Shown here one piece after another: positions 1 to 8,393 of a DNA stretch of 36,361 bases. Origin of the DNA: Verrucomicrobiota bacterium (lineage in GTDB: Bacteria > Verrucomicrobiota > Verrucomicrobiia > Methylacidiphilales > Verrucolacustridaceae); the NCBI GenBank assembly GCA_010025475.1, contig RGTE01000001.1, forward strand, positions 1 through 36,361. The letters run 5' to 3'. The notes under the pieces are model-generated. The model was given only the letters and a program-made list of their open reading frames with translations, was not told the DNA's origin and made no database searches. Numbering within the stretch: the stretch's first letter is position 1; the number at the start of each line of letters is the position of its first letter. The position numbers and the translations under genes are program-made.

Positions 1-180
1 CTCGAACAGGCAGCTCAAGGCTGGTTGCAATCTTCCGGAGCCATCCCCACGGCAGTGAGCCAACCGCCCCGCCCTGGCTCAGACCACCGGTTGGCAGAGG
101 CGCTCACCGAAACACTCCAGCAGCTCCGCGCAGAAATCGCCGATCTGCGCGCAAGACTGGACCACCTCGAGGGCCGCTAG
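1..180 (+). CDS. 3' end of a hypothetical protein with a C-terminal coiled coil (truncated by window start)
   Basis: Frame 1 is open from base 1 to TAG at 178-180. It ends ...LAEALTETLQQLRAEIADLRARLDHLEGR*, a heptad pattern. Confidence 0.6.
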   Translation, partial: LEQAAQGWLQSSGAIPTAVSQPPRPGSDHRLAEALTETLQQLRAEIADLRARLDHLEGR

Positions 181-213
181 GTCCGGCGTCCACCGGGACA
201 CTTGGTTGAGCTG

Positions 214-237
214 AAGCAGGCTTCCGAAGCCCGCTTT
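214..237. terminator. Hairpin between convergent genes, possible bidirectional terminator
   Basis: AAGC-A-GGCTT-CCG-AAGCC-C-GCTT followed by a short T run. It lies between stops at 180 (+) and 249 (-). Confidence 0.4.
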
Positions 238-248
238 ATCCTAGTTGG

Positions 249-764
249 TCACAACGACAGCAATCTGCGAATGAGATCTTCCCAGCGTTTTTCCTCGCCG
301 GCGACCAACCGCGCCCGGTCAGACTCGGACAAACCAGACTCGTTTTCAATGGCCCGCAATCTTTCTTCATGACTTTTCAAGGCATCTCGGTAACGCGTCT
401 CCTGGGCCGGGCTTAACTCCGCCAACGTATAACTCCCGCTGAACTTGATCACCACCGGCTTGGTCTGGTCCCGATTTTCCCAGTCAAAAAAGGATCCCAA
501 GGGCCGCTTGACCAAATACTCGGCAGGATCACGAACGAGCACTCCGTAGGACCGATCGGCCGAATCGGAAATGGAGGTCAGAGGCAGACTAGCCACCCAA
601 GTCAGGCTGGTGATGGGGATGACCGCCACATCGAGAGGCCGCACCACCCAGAGATCGGCGAAAGAGTACATCGTTTGGTCCGTGTCAAAGTAATCGGCTG
701 GCGGCAAAGCCTTGGACGAGGAAGGCAAAAGAGCCGCCAACGCCAACAACAAAAACCATCTCAT
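249..764 (-). CDS. Exported/membrane hypothetical protein (D-x4-RP...SLP...LV-x-x-P...RPLG type) with a helical C-terminal extension
   Basis: ATG at 764 gives the signal peptide MRWFLLLALAALLPSSSKA. The upstream part of the 270-aa ORF overlaps the methyltransferase gene and is judged non-coding. Confidence 0.75.
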   Translation of the reverse strand: MRWFLLLALAALLPSSSKALPPADYFDTDQTMYSFADLWVVRPLDVAVIPITSLTWVASLPLTSISDSADRSYGVLVRDPAEYLVKRPLGSFFDWENRDQTKPVVIKFSGSYTLAELSPAQETRYRDALKSHEERLRAIENESGLSESDRARLVAGEEKRWEDLIRRLLSL

Positions 765-796
765 CCTTATAAGGCTGATTTCCCGAAACGAACCGG

Positions 797-1915
797 TCAA
801 CGTCCAGTGCCGGCAGCCCGTGAACCATCTGGGGACAAACGGGAAGAGAGCCAGGCCAGACACTCCACATGGGCCGTCCTCGGAAAAAGATCCACCGGCT
901 GAAACCACTCCGGTTTCCAGGATGCCCCCAACGCGGCCACGTCCCGTGCCAGCGCAGGAGGGTCGCAGGAGAGATAAAGGATCCCAAGGAAGGGGCGCGG
1001 TTGGGCCAGGAGCTTCCGGGCATCCGGACTCAATCCGCCCCGCGGGGGATTGATCAGACAAACCGCCGGTCCTGCACCCAGCCGAGCCAGGACGTTTTCA
1101 AACTCATCCTCAAAACGGCCTTCCACCAATTCGGCTTTCCCCGCCTCCTTGCGAAAAACCTCGACCGCCGCCGGATGGGATTCGATCGCGATCACCCTTT
1201 TACCGGCGACCGCCAACGGGCTGGAAAAAAATCCGGTGCCGGCATACCCCTCCAACACCGTCTTGGCTTGAGCGGGCACCGCCTCGAGGATCAGTTTTTT
1301 CAGGGGTCCCGCCAAAGGACGATTGGACTGGTAAAACGCCTCCCCCCTCACCTCGTCCGCCCGCACGGAATAATGAGGACGGGGACGCGGGCGGGAACGA
1401 AGGTGCGCCAATTTCTCATTCACATCGTCCGCCGCCAGCAGGCAACGGGGAACATCCACCAGCGTCCGGCCATCCGTTTCAAGGAATCCCATCTTTCCCT
1501 CCCGATTGTGGATGGTGATCCGGTTGCGATAACCATAATCCGGGCCGGTCAGGATCGGCCGGATCACCGGATCGGCAACTTTCCCGATCCGCCGGAGAGC
1601 ACTTTCAATCTGGGCCGCCTTGATCCGCGTTTCAGCCGGATAAGCAATGTGTTGGGTCGCGCAACCGCCGCACCGCCCGAACAGCGGACAGGGAGGGGCG
1701 ATTCGATCCGGCGACGGCTCCAGAACCTCGAGAAGTTCGGCGCGGGCAAAGGTCTTGTGCCGCTCCGTCAGAACGGCCCGGATTTTTTCGCCCGGGGCCG
1801 TGAAACGGACAAAAATCACCTGGCCGTCATGACGGGCCACCCCATCGCCCCCGTAGGCGATCTCGGCGATGGTGAGTTCGATGGGCCCGGAAACGGCCGA
1901 GACCGGGCGCTTCAG
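797..1915 (-). CDS. TrmA/RlmD family RNA (uracil-C5)-methyltransferase with TRAM domain
   Basis: TRAM start IELTIAEIAYGGDGVAR, Fe-S motif CPLFGRCGGCATQH, YRNR, FYQSN, SAM motif EGYAGTG, NPPRGG, catalytic YLSCDP and DLFPRTAHVE. The start is placed at an in-frame CTG (1915); the first canonical start is GTG 1840. Confidence 0.9.
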   Translation of the reverse strand: MKRPVSAVSGPIELTIAEIAYGGDGVARHDGQVIFVRFTAPGEKIRAVLTERHKTFARAELLEVLEPSPDRIAPPCPLFGRCGGCATQHIAYPAETRIKAAQIESALRRIGKVADPVIRPILTGPDYGYRNRITIHNREGKMGFLETDGRTLVDVPRCLLAADDVNEKLAHLRSRPRPRPHYSVRADEVRGEAFYQSNRPLAGPLKKLILEAVPAQAKTVLEGYAGTGFFSSPLAVAGKRVIAIESHPAAVEVFRKEAGKAELVEGRFEDEFENVLARLGAGPAVCLINPPRGGLSPDARKLLAQPRPFLGILYLSCDPPALARDVAALGASWKPEWFQPVDLFPRTAHVECLAWLSSRLSPDGSRAAGTGR

Positions 1916-2271
1916 TACCAGTTGTCTTTCAGGTCGGCGGGGGGAACCGGCTCCACCTGCCCGGTGTCGTGAGCCGGCATTTTCATCGACTTGGTGGGGA
2001 TGAAAAAGGTGCCGATTTCAATCGCTCCGACACCCGTGTCCATGATGACGCGGGAAACCCCTTGGGCAATGCCCACGGTGTAGGCGTAGGTGGGCCCTTT
2101 TTCCTGCAGCAACTGATAGTTCGAATCCAAAAGCTCCGAGGCCGCCAAAGTCACGTTGGCGATGCCACGGCCGAGTTTTTCAAACATCGTCGGCTTGGGC
2201 GGAAGCCGAAGGTCGGCCCAACTGAAGCTGGGTAAAGTCAGGGCAAAGAGAACGAGGGAAAGGCGTTTCAT
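1912..2271 (-). CDS. Exosortase system-associated protein, TIGR04073-like
   Basis: Signal peptide followed by KLGRGIANV...G.SR...GVGAIEIGTFFIP, the pattern I recognise for this family. Confidence 0.75.
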   Translation of the reverse strand: MKRLSLVLFALTLPSFSWADLRLPPKPTMFEKLGRGIANVTLAASELLDSNYQLLQEKGPTYAYTVGIAQGVSRVIMDTGVGAIEIGTFFIPTKSMKMPAHDTGQVEPVPPADLKDNWY

Positions 2272-2320
2272 AAGATCTTTTCTGACAGCCCTCCTGAAAC
2301 TGACAAGGGAAGGAGCCGGG

Positions 2321-3586
2321 TTAAGGCGAATAATTTGTGAATGTCGCCGAGGATTCCGCCTGCCGCCGGAAATAGTCGATCACCCCGGCCGCCACCTGGT
2401 TGGCATATTCGCGGAACAGGTTGCCCCGGCTTTTGCCGGCAAAGACCCGAACCCCCTCGTACTCCCCCGCCTGGATCCAAGGATAAATGTTGCGGTCATT
2501 CATGTACGGCCCCTCCACAAAGACGACCGGACCGTCAAACATCCGGTTGGCAATCAAGTTCCGGTACCAGACATAAGGTCCGGCCCCGCTCGCATGGGAG
2601 TAACCTGATCCCTCATAATTTTCCGGGCGAAATCCCCACTGCTTCTGGAACTGCTCGCCGATGGCCTGCCCCACCCCCAGCTCCACCGGAGTGGAATTTT
2701 CGAGAAGTTTTCTCAAAAGGTGGAATTTTTGATCATCAAAGGCCAACTCCTCTGCGGTGTAGGAGCCATGGGCAAACACCACCAGTCCGTTGGCGGAGGT
2801 CAACCGCACTCGTCCGCCCGGCCATGGGGCGGCGTTGTAATGGATGCAAAGGGTAAGATCCGGCCGCAGCTCCTCGTTAACCCGCCGGGCCCGTGCCTGA
2901 ATCTCCGCAGAGCGGTAAAAAAGCAACTCCGCGTTCCAACGGATCAACCGGTTGGCCGAATATTTGGGCAGCCGGGCCCCCAAGGAGCCCTGCAGGAGGT
3001 AAGAAATGGCTTCGGGATACAAGTCCGCCGGGCGGAGCGTCGTGGTCGGCTCGAAACCGTCATGCGTCCACACCACCTTTGCGCCGGACGCCTCCAAGGT
3101 TTGGGCCAACCGCCGCGAAGTTCGCAGATTTAGCTCTCCTTCCACAACTGGTGCGTCGTTCCCGATCCGAAACGTCCGCTCCTCGATATCGGCCCAATCC
3201 CCCCCGATATGGCCGGGATCCAGGCAGATCACCTTTCCCGCCAAAGGCCGGGCCGGATCCCCGCCGCCCAACAGCGGGGGGTTGACCTCCCCGGCACCAC
3301 CCTCCGGGACAAAAGTTAATCGATACAAAGGGCGGGTCCGTGCCTTATCCCGGAACAAAGTCACCCCGCCATCGTCAAAAAGCAGGTACGGCTGCATGGC
3401 TCCGGTCGGATCGAAGATTTTTCCCAGTCGATTTTCAAACTCCTGCCGGGTGAACCGCCCCTGACCCGAATCCAGCAACCGCCACTCCGGCTCCTCGGAG
3501 ACCGGGGAAAAGAGCATCGGCTTTTCTTCCGCCGCCCATCCGCTGATCGCGAACGCCAAAGCCGTCAAAACCAGAATCCGTGCCAT
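2321..3586 (-). CDS. Exported N-acetylmuramoyl-L-alanine amidase (Amidase_3)
   Basis: Signal peptide MARILVLTALAFAISGWA. Zn/catalytic motifs ICLDPGHIGG, VEGEL, IHYNA and VFVEGPYM. Confidence 0.85.
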   Translation of the reverse strand: MARILVLTALAFAISGWAAEEKPMLFSPVSEEPEWRLLDSGQGRFTRQEFENRLGKIFDPTGAMQPYLLFDDGGVTLFRDKARTRPLYRLTFVPEGGAGEVNPPLLGGGDPARPLAGKVICLDPGHIGGDWADIEERTFRIGNDAPVVEGELNLRTSRRLAQTLEASGAKVVWTHDGFEPTTTLRPADLYPEAISYLLQGSLGARLPKYSANRLIRWNAELLFYRSAEIQARARRVNEELRPDLTLCIHYNAAPWPGGRVRLTSANGLVVFAHGSYTAEELAFDDQKFHLLRKLLENSTPVELGVGQAIGEQFQKQWGFRPENYEGSGYSHASGAGPYVWYRNLIANRMFDGPVVFVEGPYMNDRNIYPWIQAGEYEGVRVFAGKSRGNLFREYANQVAAGVIDYFRRQAESSATFTNYSP

Positions 3587-3637
3587 GGAAACATCCATTG
3601 TGGGTGGAAGAAGACCGGAAGCAAGGTTCGGGACAGC

Positions 3638-3666
3638 TTGAGATAAACCACCCTGAACCTTACCCT
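3638..3666 (+). promoter_or_regulatory. Putative sigma70-type promoter for a leaderless transcript
   Basis: TTGAGA-N17-TACCCT, then 6 nt to ATG 3673. No Shine-Dalgarno sequence. Confidence 0.5.
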
Positions 3667-3672
3667 GCTCGG

Positions 3673-4389
3673 ATGGAGTTTGAGTCACGCCCGACCTCCG
3701 GACCCACCCGCGATCGCTGGGTGGCCCTGATCACGTTGGGCCTGGCCGCTCTCCTGGCCGCCGGTTGGATCATGCGGGAACGCCAGCTTGCCACCGACCT
3801 GGCCGAATCGCGGGAAGACCTGCGCCAGGCCATGCACCGGCTCAAGACCCTCTCGGCCTCCACGGACCAGATCCGCACGGCGTATTTGCAACGCCGCACG
3901 GAGCTGGAAGCCGCCCGAAAAAAAATCGACCAACTCGCCCAGCGTCAGGAGGAGAAAAAAAGGGAAATGGCCGGCCCGGGAGAAAAAAAGAAGGCGGATT
4001 CCCTGCCCGAAACCGCCGCCCTCTTCGAAAAAATCAATGCCCTCAAGCTGCCGGCTTGGGCGGCCGTCCAAAAAGCTGACGGAACGGTCCGCATTCTCCC
4101 CGGGGCCAGCCTTCCCAACGGCAACGAGGGCTTCGCCGTTTTCGGCTCCCTGGCCCACACCCTTGCGGAGGCCGATCCCGACATGACCATGGAATTACGC
4201 GGTCGTGCTGAACCGGGACCGGATGCCTTGGAGACCGCCCAAGAACGGACCAAGCGGCTCTCCGCTGCGGCCGAGCGCTCCCTGAAGGGAGATGGTTCGA
4301 GGCTGCGGGTTGTCGCCGAAGTGGCGAAAGGACCCCGCATGGAATGGAGGCTGACTCCCGCGCCCAAGGCTCTGTCCGCCAAGCCATGA
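3673..4389 (+). CDS. Membrane-anchored coiled-coil protein with a degenerate OmpA/MotB-like C-terminal domain
   Basis: One TM segment (WVALITLGLAALLAAGWI), a coiled coil, then MELRGRAE...AQERTKRL...RLRVV...PRMEWRL. The stop overlaps the next ATG (ATGA). Confidence 0.65.
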   Translation: MEFESRPTSGPTRDRWVALITLGLAALLAAGWIMRERQLATDLAESREDLRQAMHRLKTLSASTDQIRTAYLQRRTELEAARKKIDQLAQRQEEKKREMAGPGEKKKADSLPETAALFEKINALKLPAWAAVQKADGTVRILPGASLPNGNEGFAVFGSLAHTLAEADPDMTMELRGRAEPGPDALETAQERTKRLSAAAERSLKGDGSRLRVVAEVAKGPRMEWRLTPAPKALSAKP

Positions 4390-5270
4390 GCCTGGTCCTC
4401 GTCGACGGTCATTACTACGCCTACCGCTCCTTTTACGCCATTGCCCACCTCACCAACTCCAAAGGCGAGCCCACCAACGCCGCTTTTGGCTTCACCTCCG
4501 CCCTTCTTCGGATGGCTGAGGATCTCAAACCAACCCGCGGGGCGGTCATTTTCGACGGTGGTGTTCCGCAGGAACGGCTGGACACCCACCCCGAATACAA
4601 GGCCAACCGCAAGGAAACTCCCGAGGCATTGGAAAAACAGATTCCCCTGCTCTACGAAGTCGCGCAGGCCCTGGGCTGGAAGACCATTTCCATCGAGGGC
4701 GAGGAGGCCGATGATGTCATTGCCTCCTACTGCCGAGCCGCCGATGGCAACCCATGCATCGTCGCCACCAACGACAAGGACCTGATGGTGCTGGCCGCCC
4801 GCGGGGTGAAAATCTACCAACCCAAATCCGAAGGCTTCGAGCTGCTCGGGGCGGCCGAGGTTGAGGCCAAGTGGGGCGTGCCTCCGGACCGGGTGCCGGA
4901 ACTGCTCGCTCTCACCGGCGACGCCTCGGACAACTTCCCGGGCATCGCCGGCGTTGGCCCCAAAACCGCCGCCAAATGGATCGGTGAATACCAGACGGCC
5001 GAGGGCGTGCTCGCTGCCGCCGAAAAAATCAAACCCGAGAGATTTCGGCCGATTCTCAAGGATTCGGCCGAGGTTGTCCGGCGAAACCGGAAAATGGTCG
5101 AGTTGCGGAGCTCCCTGCCCCTGCCTGTGCCGATTCCCCAGCTCGGCCTCTGCCCGGATCTTGAGAAACAGGTGGAGCTCTTCCGCCGGCTGGAGTTCAA
5201 GCGTTTCACCCGCGAGGCCGAAGCCCGGCTCGCGGCCCGCAAACCCAAGCAGGCCGACCTGTTTTCCTGA
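4386..5270 (+). CDS. Stand-alone 5'-3' exonuclease / flap endonuclease (PolA N-terminal-like)
   Basis: VLVDG, IFDG, HPEYKANR, EGEEADDVIAS, TNDKDL and H3TH LTGDASDNFPGIAGVGPKTA. It ends at 294 aa with no polymerase domain. Confidence 0.92.
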   Translation: MSLVLVDGHYYAYRSFYAIAHLTNSKGEPTNAAFGFTSALLRMAEDLKPTRGAVIFDGGVPQERLDTHPEYKANRKETPEALEKQIPLLYEVAQALGWKTISIEGEEADDVIASYCRAADGNPCIVATNDKDLMVLAARGVKIYQPKSEGFELLGAAEVEAKWGVPPDRVPELLALTGDASDNFPGIAGVGPKTAAKWIGEYQTAEGVLAAAEKIKPERFRPILKDSAEVVRRNRKMVELRSSLPLPVPIPQLGLCPDLEKQVELFRRLEFKRFTREAEARLAARKPKQADLFS

Positions 5271-5273
5271 TTC

Positions 5274-6371
5274 GTGAAGACGACCGTTGAAAACCTTTAT
5301 GTCCATGTGCCCTTCTGCACACATCTCTGCCCGTACTGCGATTTTCCGAAGGAGCGGTTGGCCGGCAACCGCATGCGCGATTTCCTTGCCGGCCTGCAGG
5401 CCGAATGGGTCGCGGCACATGAAGAATTTGAAATCCGTCCACGGCGCGTCTTTTTCGGCGGAGGCACACCGACCGCCCTCTCTCCCGCGCTGATGGAACA
5501 GCTTCTCGCCGTGGCCCCTTGGGGCAGGGCGGAAGAGTGGAGCGTGGAGGCCAATCCGGACGGTTTTGGCGAAACCAAGGCCCGCCAACTTGCCAAAGCC
5601 GGCGTCACCCGAATCAGCCTCGGGGTGCAGGCTTTTCGCCCTTCCGATCTGGCGTGGCTGGGCCGGAAGCATGACCGCGCCGCCATCCGCCAGGCCGTGC
5701 AAAGCGCACGTGTGGCCGGCATCCGCAGCCTGAATCTGGATCTCATCTATGGCCTGCCAGACCAAGGGCCGGCCGAATGGCAGGAAACCCTGGCGGAAGC
5801 CTGTGCGTTGGAGCCCGACAGCCTTTCCGCCTACGCCATCACCCCCGAAGAGGGCACGGACCTGGCACAACGTATCGCGCGCGGGGATTGGAGTCCCGAT
5901 GAAGACCGCGAGGCGGTTCTTTTCCTGCTCACCTGCCGCTTGCTTGAGGCGAGAGGTTACCAAAATTATGAAGTTTCCAACTTTGCCCGCCCCGGCCACG
6001 AATGCAGGCACCATCAGGCGATTTGGTCCGGCGAAGATTATCTCGGCTTTGGTCCGGGCGCCGTATCCACCGTGGGCGGCCGGCGCTGGCGCAACCTGCG
6101 TGATACCGGGGCCTACGCCCGCAGCTGGCTGCTCGGCTCCGGCCCCCGACACCAGGAAGAAGAGACGCGCACCGCGGAACAGATGCGCACGGAAAGGATC
6201 CTGCTCGGGTTACGCACGCGGGGGGGCCTCGCGGAACACGGCTTGGCAGGGCGCGAGGAGTGGTTGGAACTGCTCGTTCGCAAGGGCTGGGCGCGACGCG
6301 AGGAGGGACGGTTCCATCTTACCGCCCGCGGCCGGCTCCGGGCCGATGAAGTGGCCGCGATACTCACCTAG
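5274..6371 (+). CDS. hemW: Radical SAM heme chaperone HemW (HemN-like)
   Basis: LYVHVPFCTHLCPYCDF, FFGGGTPT, VEANP, RISLGVQAF, LDLIYGLP, YEVSNFA and YLGFGPGA. Confidence 0.9.
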   Translation: MKTTVENLYVHVPFCTHLCPYCDFPKERLAGNRMRDFLAGLQAEWVAAHEEFEIRPRRVFFGGGTPTALSPALMEQLLAVAPWGRAEEWSVEANPDGFGETKARQLAKAGVTRISLGVQAFRPSDLAWLGRKHDRAAIRQAVQSARVAGIRSLNLDLIYGLPDQGPAEWQETLAEACALEPDSLSAYAITPEEGTDLAQRIARGDWSPDEDREAVLFLLTCRLLEARGYQNYEVSNFARPGHECRHHQAIWSGEDYLGFGPGAVSTVGGRRWRNLRDTGAYARSWLLGSGPRHQEEETRTAEQMRTERILLGLRTRGGLAEHGLAGREEWLELLVRKGWARREEGRFHLTARGRLRADEVAAILT

Positions 6372-6372
6372 C

Positions 6373-7350
6373 ATGGAGCCGGTGATTGCCGCCCGCGGTC
6401 TGCGCCGGGTGTACCGCGTCTTTGAAAAACCGCCCGGACTCTTCGGGGCCCTGCGCGGGCTTTTCTCGCGCCGTTACCGCGAAGTCGCGGCAGTCGACGG
6501 CATCGACTTGGAAATCGGCCCGGGAGAACTGGTTGGCTTTCTGGGCCCCAACGGCGCAGGCAAGACCACCACGCTCAAAATGCTTTCCGGCCTTCTTCAT
6601 CCCAGCGGGGGTTCCGCCCGGGTGCTGGGGTTTACCCCATGGGAAAGGGAGCCGGAGTTCCGCCGCCAGATCTCCCTGCTGCTCGGGCAAAAAAATCAAC
6701 TCACCTGGGATCTCCCCGCCCGGGAGAGCTTCGAACTGAACCGCGCCATCTACGGGATCGACCGGGCCACGGCATGGAAAACGGTCGACGAATTATCCTC
6801 CTTATTGGAGGTCGGAGGGTTGCTGGACAAACCCGTCCGCGAACTTTCCTTGGGCGAGCGCATGAAGATGGAGCTGATTGCCGCTTTGCTGCACCAGCCC
6901 AAGGTGCTTTTCCTCGACGAACCCACCCTTGGTCTGGACATCGTTTCCCAGCACCGGATCCGGGATTTCCTCCGCGGCGTCGTGGCTGAAAAAAAAATCA
7001 CCACCATCCTGACCAGCCACTATTTACAGGACATCGAGGCCCTTTGCCGCCGCGTGGTGATCATCGACCGGGGCCGGATCATCCACGACGGCTCACTGGC
7101 CGCGGTGGTGAAGGGGTTTTCCAACCACAAGCAGATCGAACTTCGATTTTCCGGCCGGGCCCCCAAACTCCACGGGCCGGAGTGGGGGGAAATTCTCAGC
7201 CGCGATGAAGCCGGGGTTCGTCTCCGGGTGGAACCGGGTCGGGTCACCGAGATCAGCCGCCGGGCCCTGGATCTGCCCGGACTGGAGGATATCCGTATCG
7301 AATCCGTCCCCGTTGAGGAAGTCATCCGGAAACTGTTCTCGGGCAAATAA
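6373..7350 (+). CDS. ABC transporter ATP-binding protein (ABC-2 type)
   Basis: Walker A GPNGAGKTT, signature LSLGERMK, Walker B FLDEPT and H-loop TSH. The ATG is 1 nt after the hemW stop. Confidence 0.92.
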   Translation: MEPVIAARGLRRVYRVFEKPPGLFGALRGLFSRRYREVAAVDGIDLEIGPGELVGFLGPNGAGKTTTLKMLSGLLHPSGGSARVLGFTPWEREPEFRRQISLLLGQKNQLTWDLPARESFELNRAIYGIDRATAWKTVDELSSLLEVGGLLDKPVRELSLGERMKMELIAALLHQPKVLFLDEPTLGLDIVSQHRIRDFLRGVVAEKKITTILTSHYLQDIEALCRRVVIIDRGRIIHDGSLAAVVKGFSNHKQIELRFSGRAPKLHGPEWGEILSRDEAGVRLRVEPGRVTEISRRALDLPGLEDIRIESVPVEEVIRKLFSGK

Positions 7351-7394
7351 GGAAACGGAGCGGCCCCTTGGGGGAACCGCGCCAAGCCCGGAAG

Positions 7395-8132
7395 TCAGTG
7401 GGCGTGGCCGCGCACCACCGCAGCGATCAGGAGAAAACCCCCGAGCGCCGCCACGATTTTCCAGAGTCTTCCCTCTTTTTCCCTGAGCTCCGGAATCAAC
7501 AGGTCTGAATAAGCCAGATACAGAAACGTGCCGGCGGTCGCCGCGGAAAGCACCCCGTGCCAATGATGGGTGCCCGAAAGATCCGCCCGGGAGGCCAGCC
7601 ACGCCCCGAAGGGAGTCGCGAGGCTCAGGAAAACCGTTACCGCCAGCATGGCACCGGTGGAAGCGCCCTGCCGGCCCATGGTCACGGCCAAAGCAAACGT
7701 GTCGGTGGCCTTGTGCAGGAGAATGGCGACGGCGAGTGCCTGCTGGACGGGAGTGACCTGGATGGAGCCAAGGGCCAATCCCTCCAGCAACGAATGAAGC
7801 CCCAGCATGGCTCCAAGCACGTTTGCCGAGGATGCGGAGCCGCCATGGGGATGATGCCCATGAATTTCCGCGTGGGCGTGATGGGCGCGACGATCCAACC
7901 AAGCCAGCGCGAGGACCACCCCCCCACCCCACCAGGAAGCCTTGAGCCAACCAAGGTCACAAACCGCCTCGGGGATCAGCTCGAAAAAAGCCGAGGCCAG
8001 AAAAGCGCCGCCGGCAAAGGTTCCTCCCAAGCAGAGCCAGGAAGTATGACCCGCCTGCCGCTTGAGAAGCAGGGCGGCCCATCCTCCGGCCATGCCTGCC
8101 CCGAACAGCACCAGCAAGATCGTGGAAAACAT
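7395..8132 (-). CDS. ZIP family metal (Zn/Fe/Mn) transporter
   Basis: FAGGAFLA, His-rich loop HHAHAEIHGHHPH, TM4 LHSLLEGLALG, TM5 ILLHK and AGTFLY. Confidence 0.9.
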   Translation of the reverse strand: MFSTILLVLFGAGMAGGWAALLLKRQAGHTSWLCLGGTFAGGAFLASAFFELIPEAVCDLGWLKASWWGGGVVLALAWLDRRAHHAHAEIHGHHPHGGSASSANVLGAMLGLHSLLEGLALGSIQVTPVQQALAVAILLHKATDTFALAVTMGRQGASTGAMLAVTVFLSLATPFGAWLASRADLSGTHHWHGVLSAATAGTFLYLAYSDLLIPELREKEGRLWKIVAALGGFLLIAAVVRGHAH

Positions 8133-8194
8133 GGATTCCTTCTAGCGCCCCGGCCCTTCCCAATCGAGCCCTCACAAAACGGCACATCTCTGGA

Positions 8195-8224
8195 ATCCAC
8201 ATCAACGTAAACGTCCGCGTTCAC
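8195..8224. repeat. Degenerate hexamer tandem repeat (5 units)
   Basis: atccac-atcaac-gtaaac-gtccgc-gttcac, located downstream of tRNA-Met. Confidence 0.4.
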
Positions 8225-8266
8225 GAACCATCCGAATCGGTGAAACGAAATTTGGACCTCGACTCA

Positions 8267-8340
8267 TGGCAGTGGAGGGATTTGAACCCCCGACCCAAGG
8301 CTTATGAGTCCCTTGCTCTACCAGGCTGAGCTACACTGCC
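8267..8340 (-). tRNA. tRNA-Met (CAT), probably elongator; CCA not encoded
   Basis: Reverse complement GGCAGTGTAGCTCAGCCTGGTAGAGCAAGGGACTCATAAGCCTTGGGTCGGGGGTTCAAATCCCTCCACTGCCA. Acceptor stem GGCAGTG/CACTGCC, anticodon loop CT-CAT-AA. G1-C72 argues against initiator; Ile2 is not fully excluded. Confidence 0.93.
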
Positions 8341-8393
8341 GAAGGATCCCTTTGTAGCGCCGGGACTTTTCCCCGCCAAGTCCCCGCCGGAGC

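Noticed and set aside
3945-6152. 735-aa minus-strand ORF and other long antisense ORFs (e.g. 17332-18726, 9958-11172, 869-1972)
   Set aside because: They are shadows of well-supported genes in GC-rich DNA and contain no recognisable motifs.
5749-6372. Long N-terminal extensions in the ORF track for the ABC ATPase (also CDF from 11958, VanZ from 21361, yjbQ from 11985, hisI from 33640)
   Set aside because: The extensions overlap other real genes and are low-complexity Arg/Pro/Gly sequence. Family motifs begin at the downstream starts.
8297-8313. A-G mismatch closing the tRNA-Met anticodon stem as a sign of a pseudo-tRNA
   Set aside because: All other arms are canonical, and I recall the GACTCATAAG loop context from functional bacterial tRNA-Met genes.
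8267-8340. tRNAs as integration sites for an island or prophage
   Set aside because: No integrase and no duplicated tRNA 3' end were seen. Flanking genes are housekeeping-like with similar composition.
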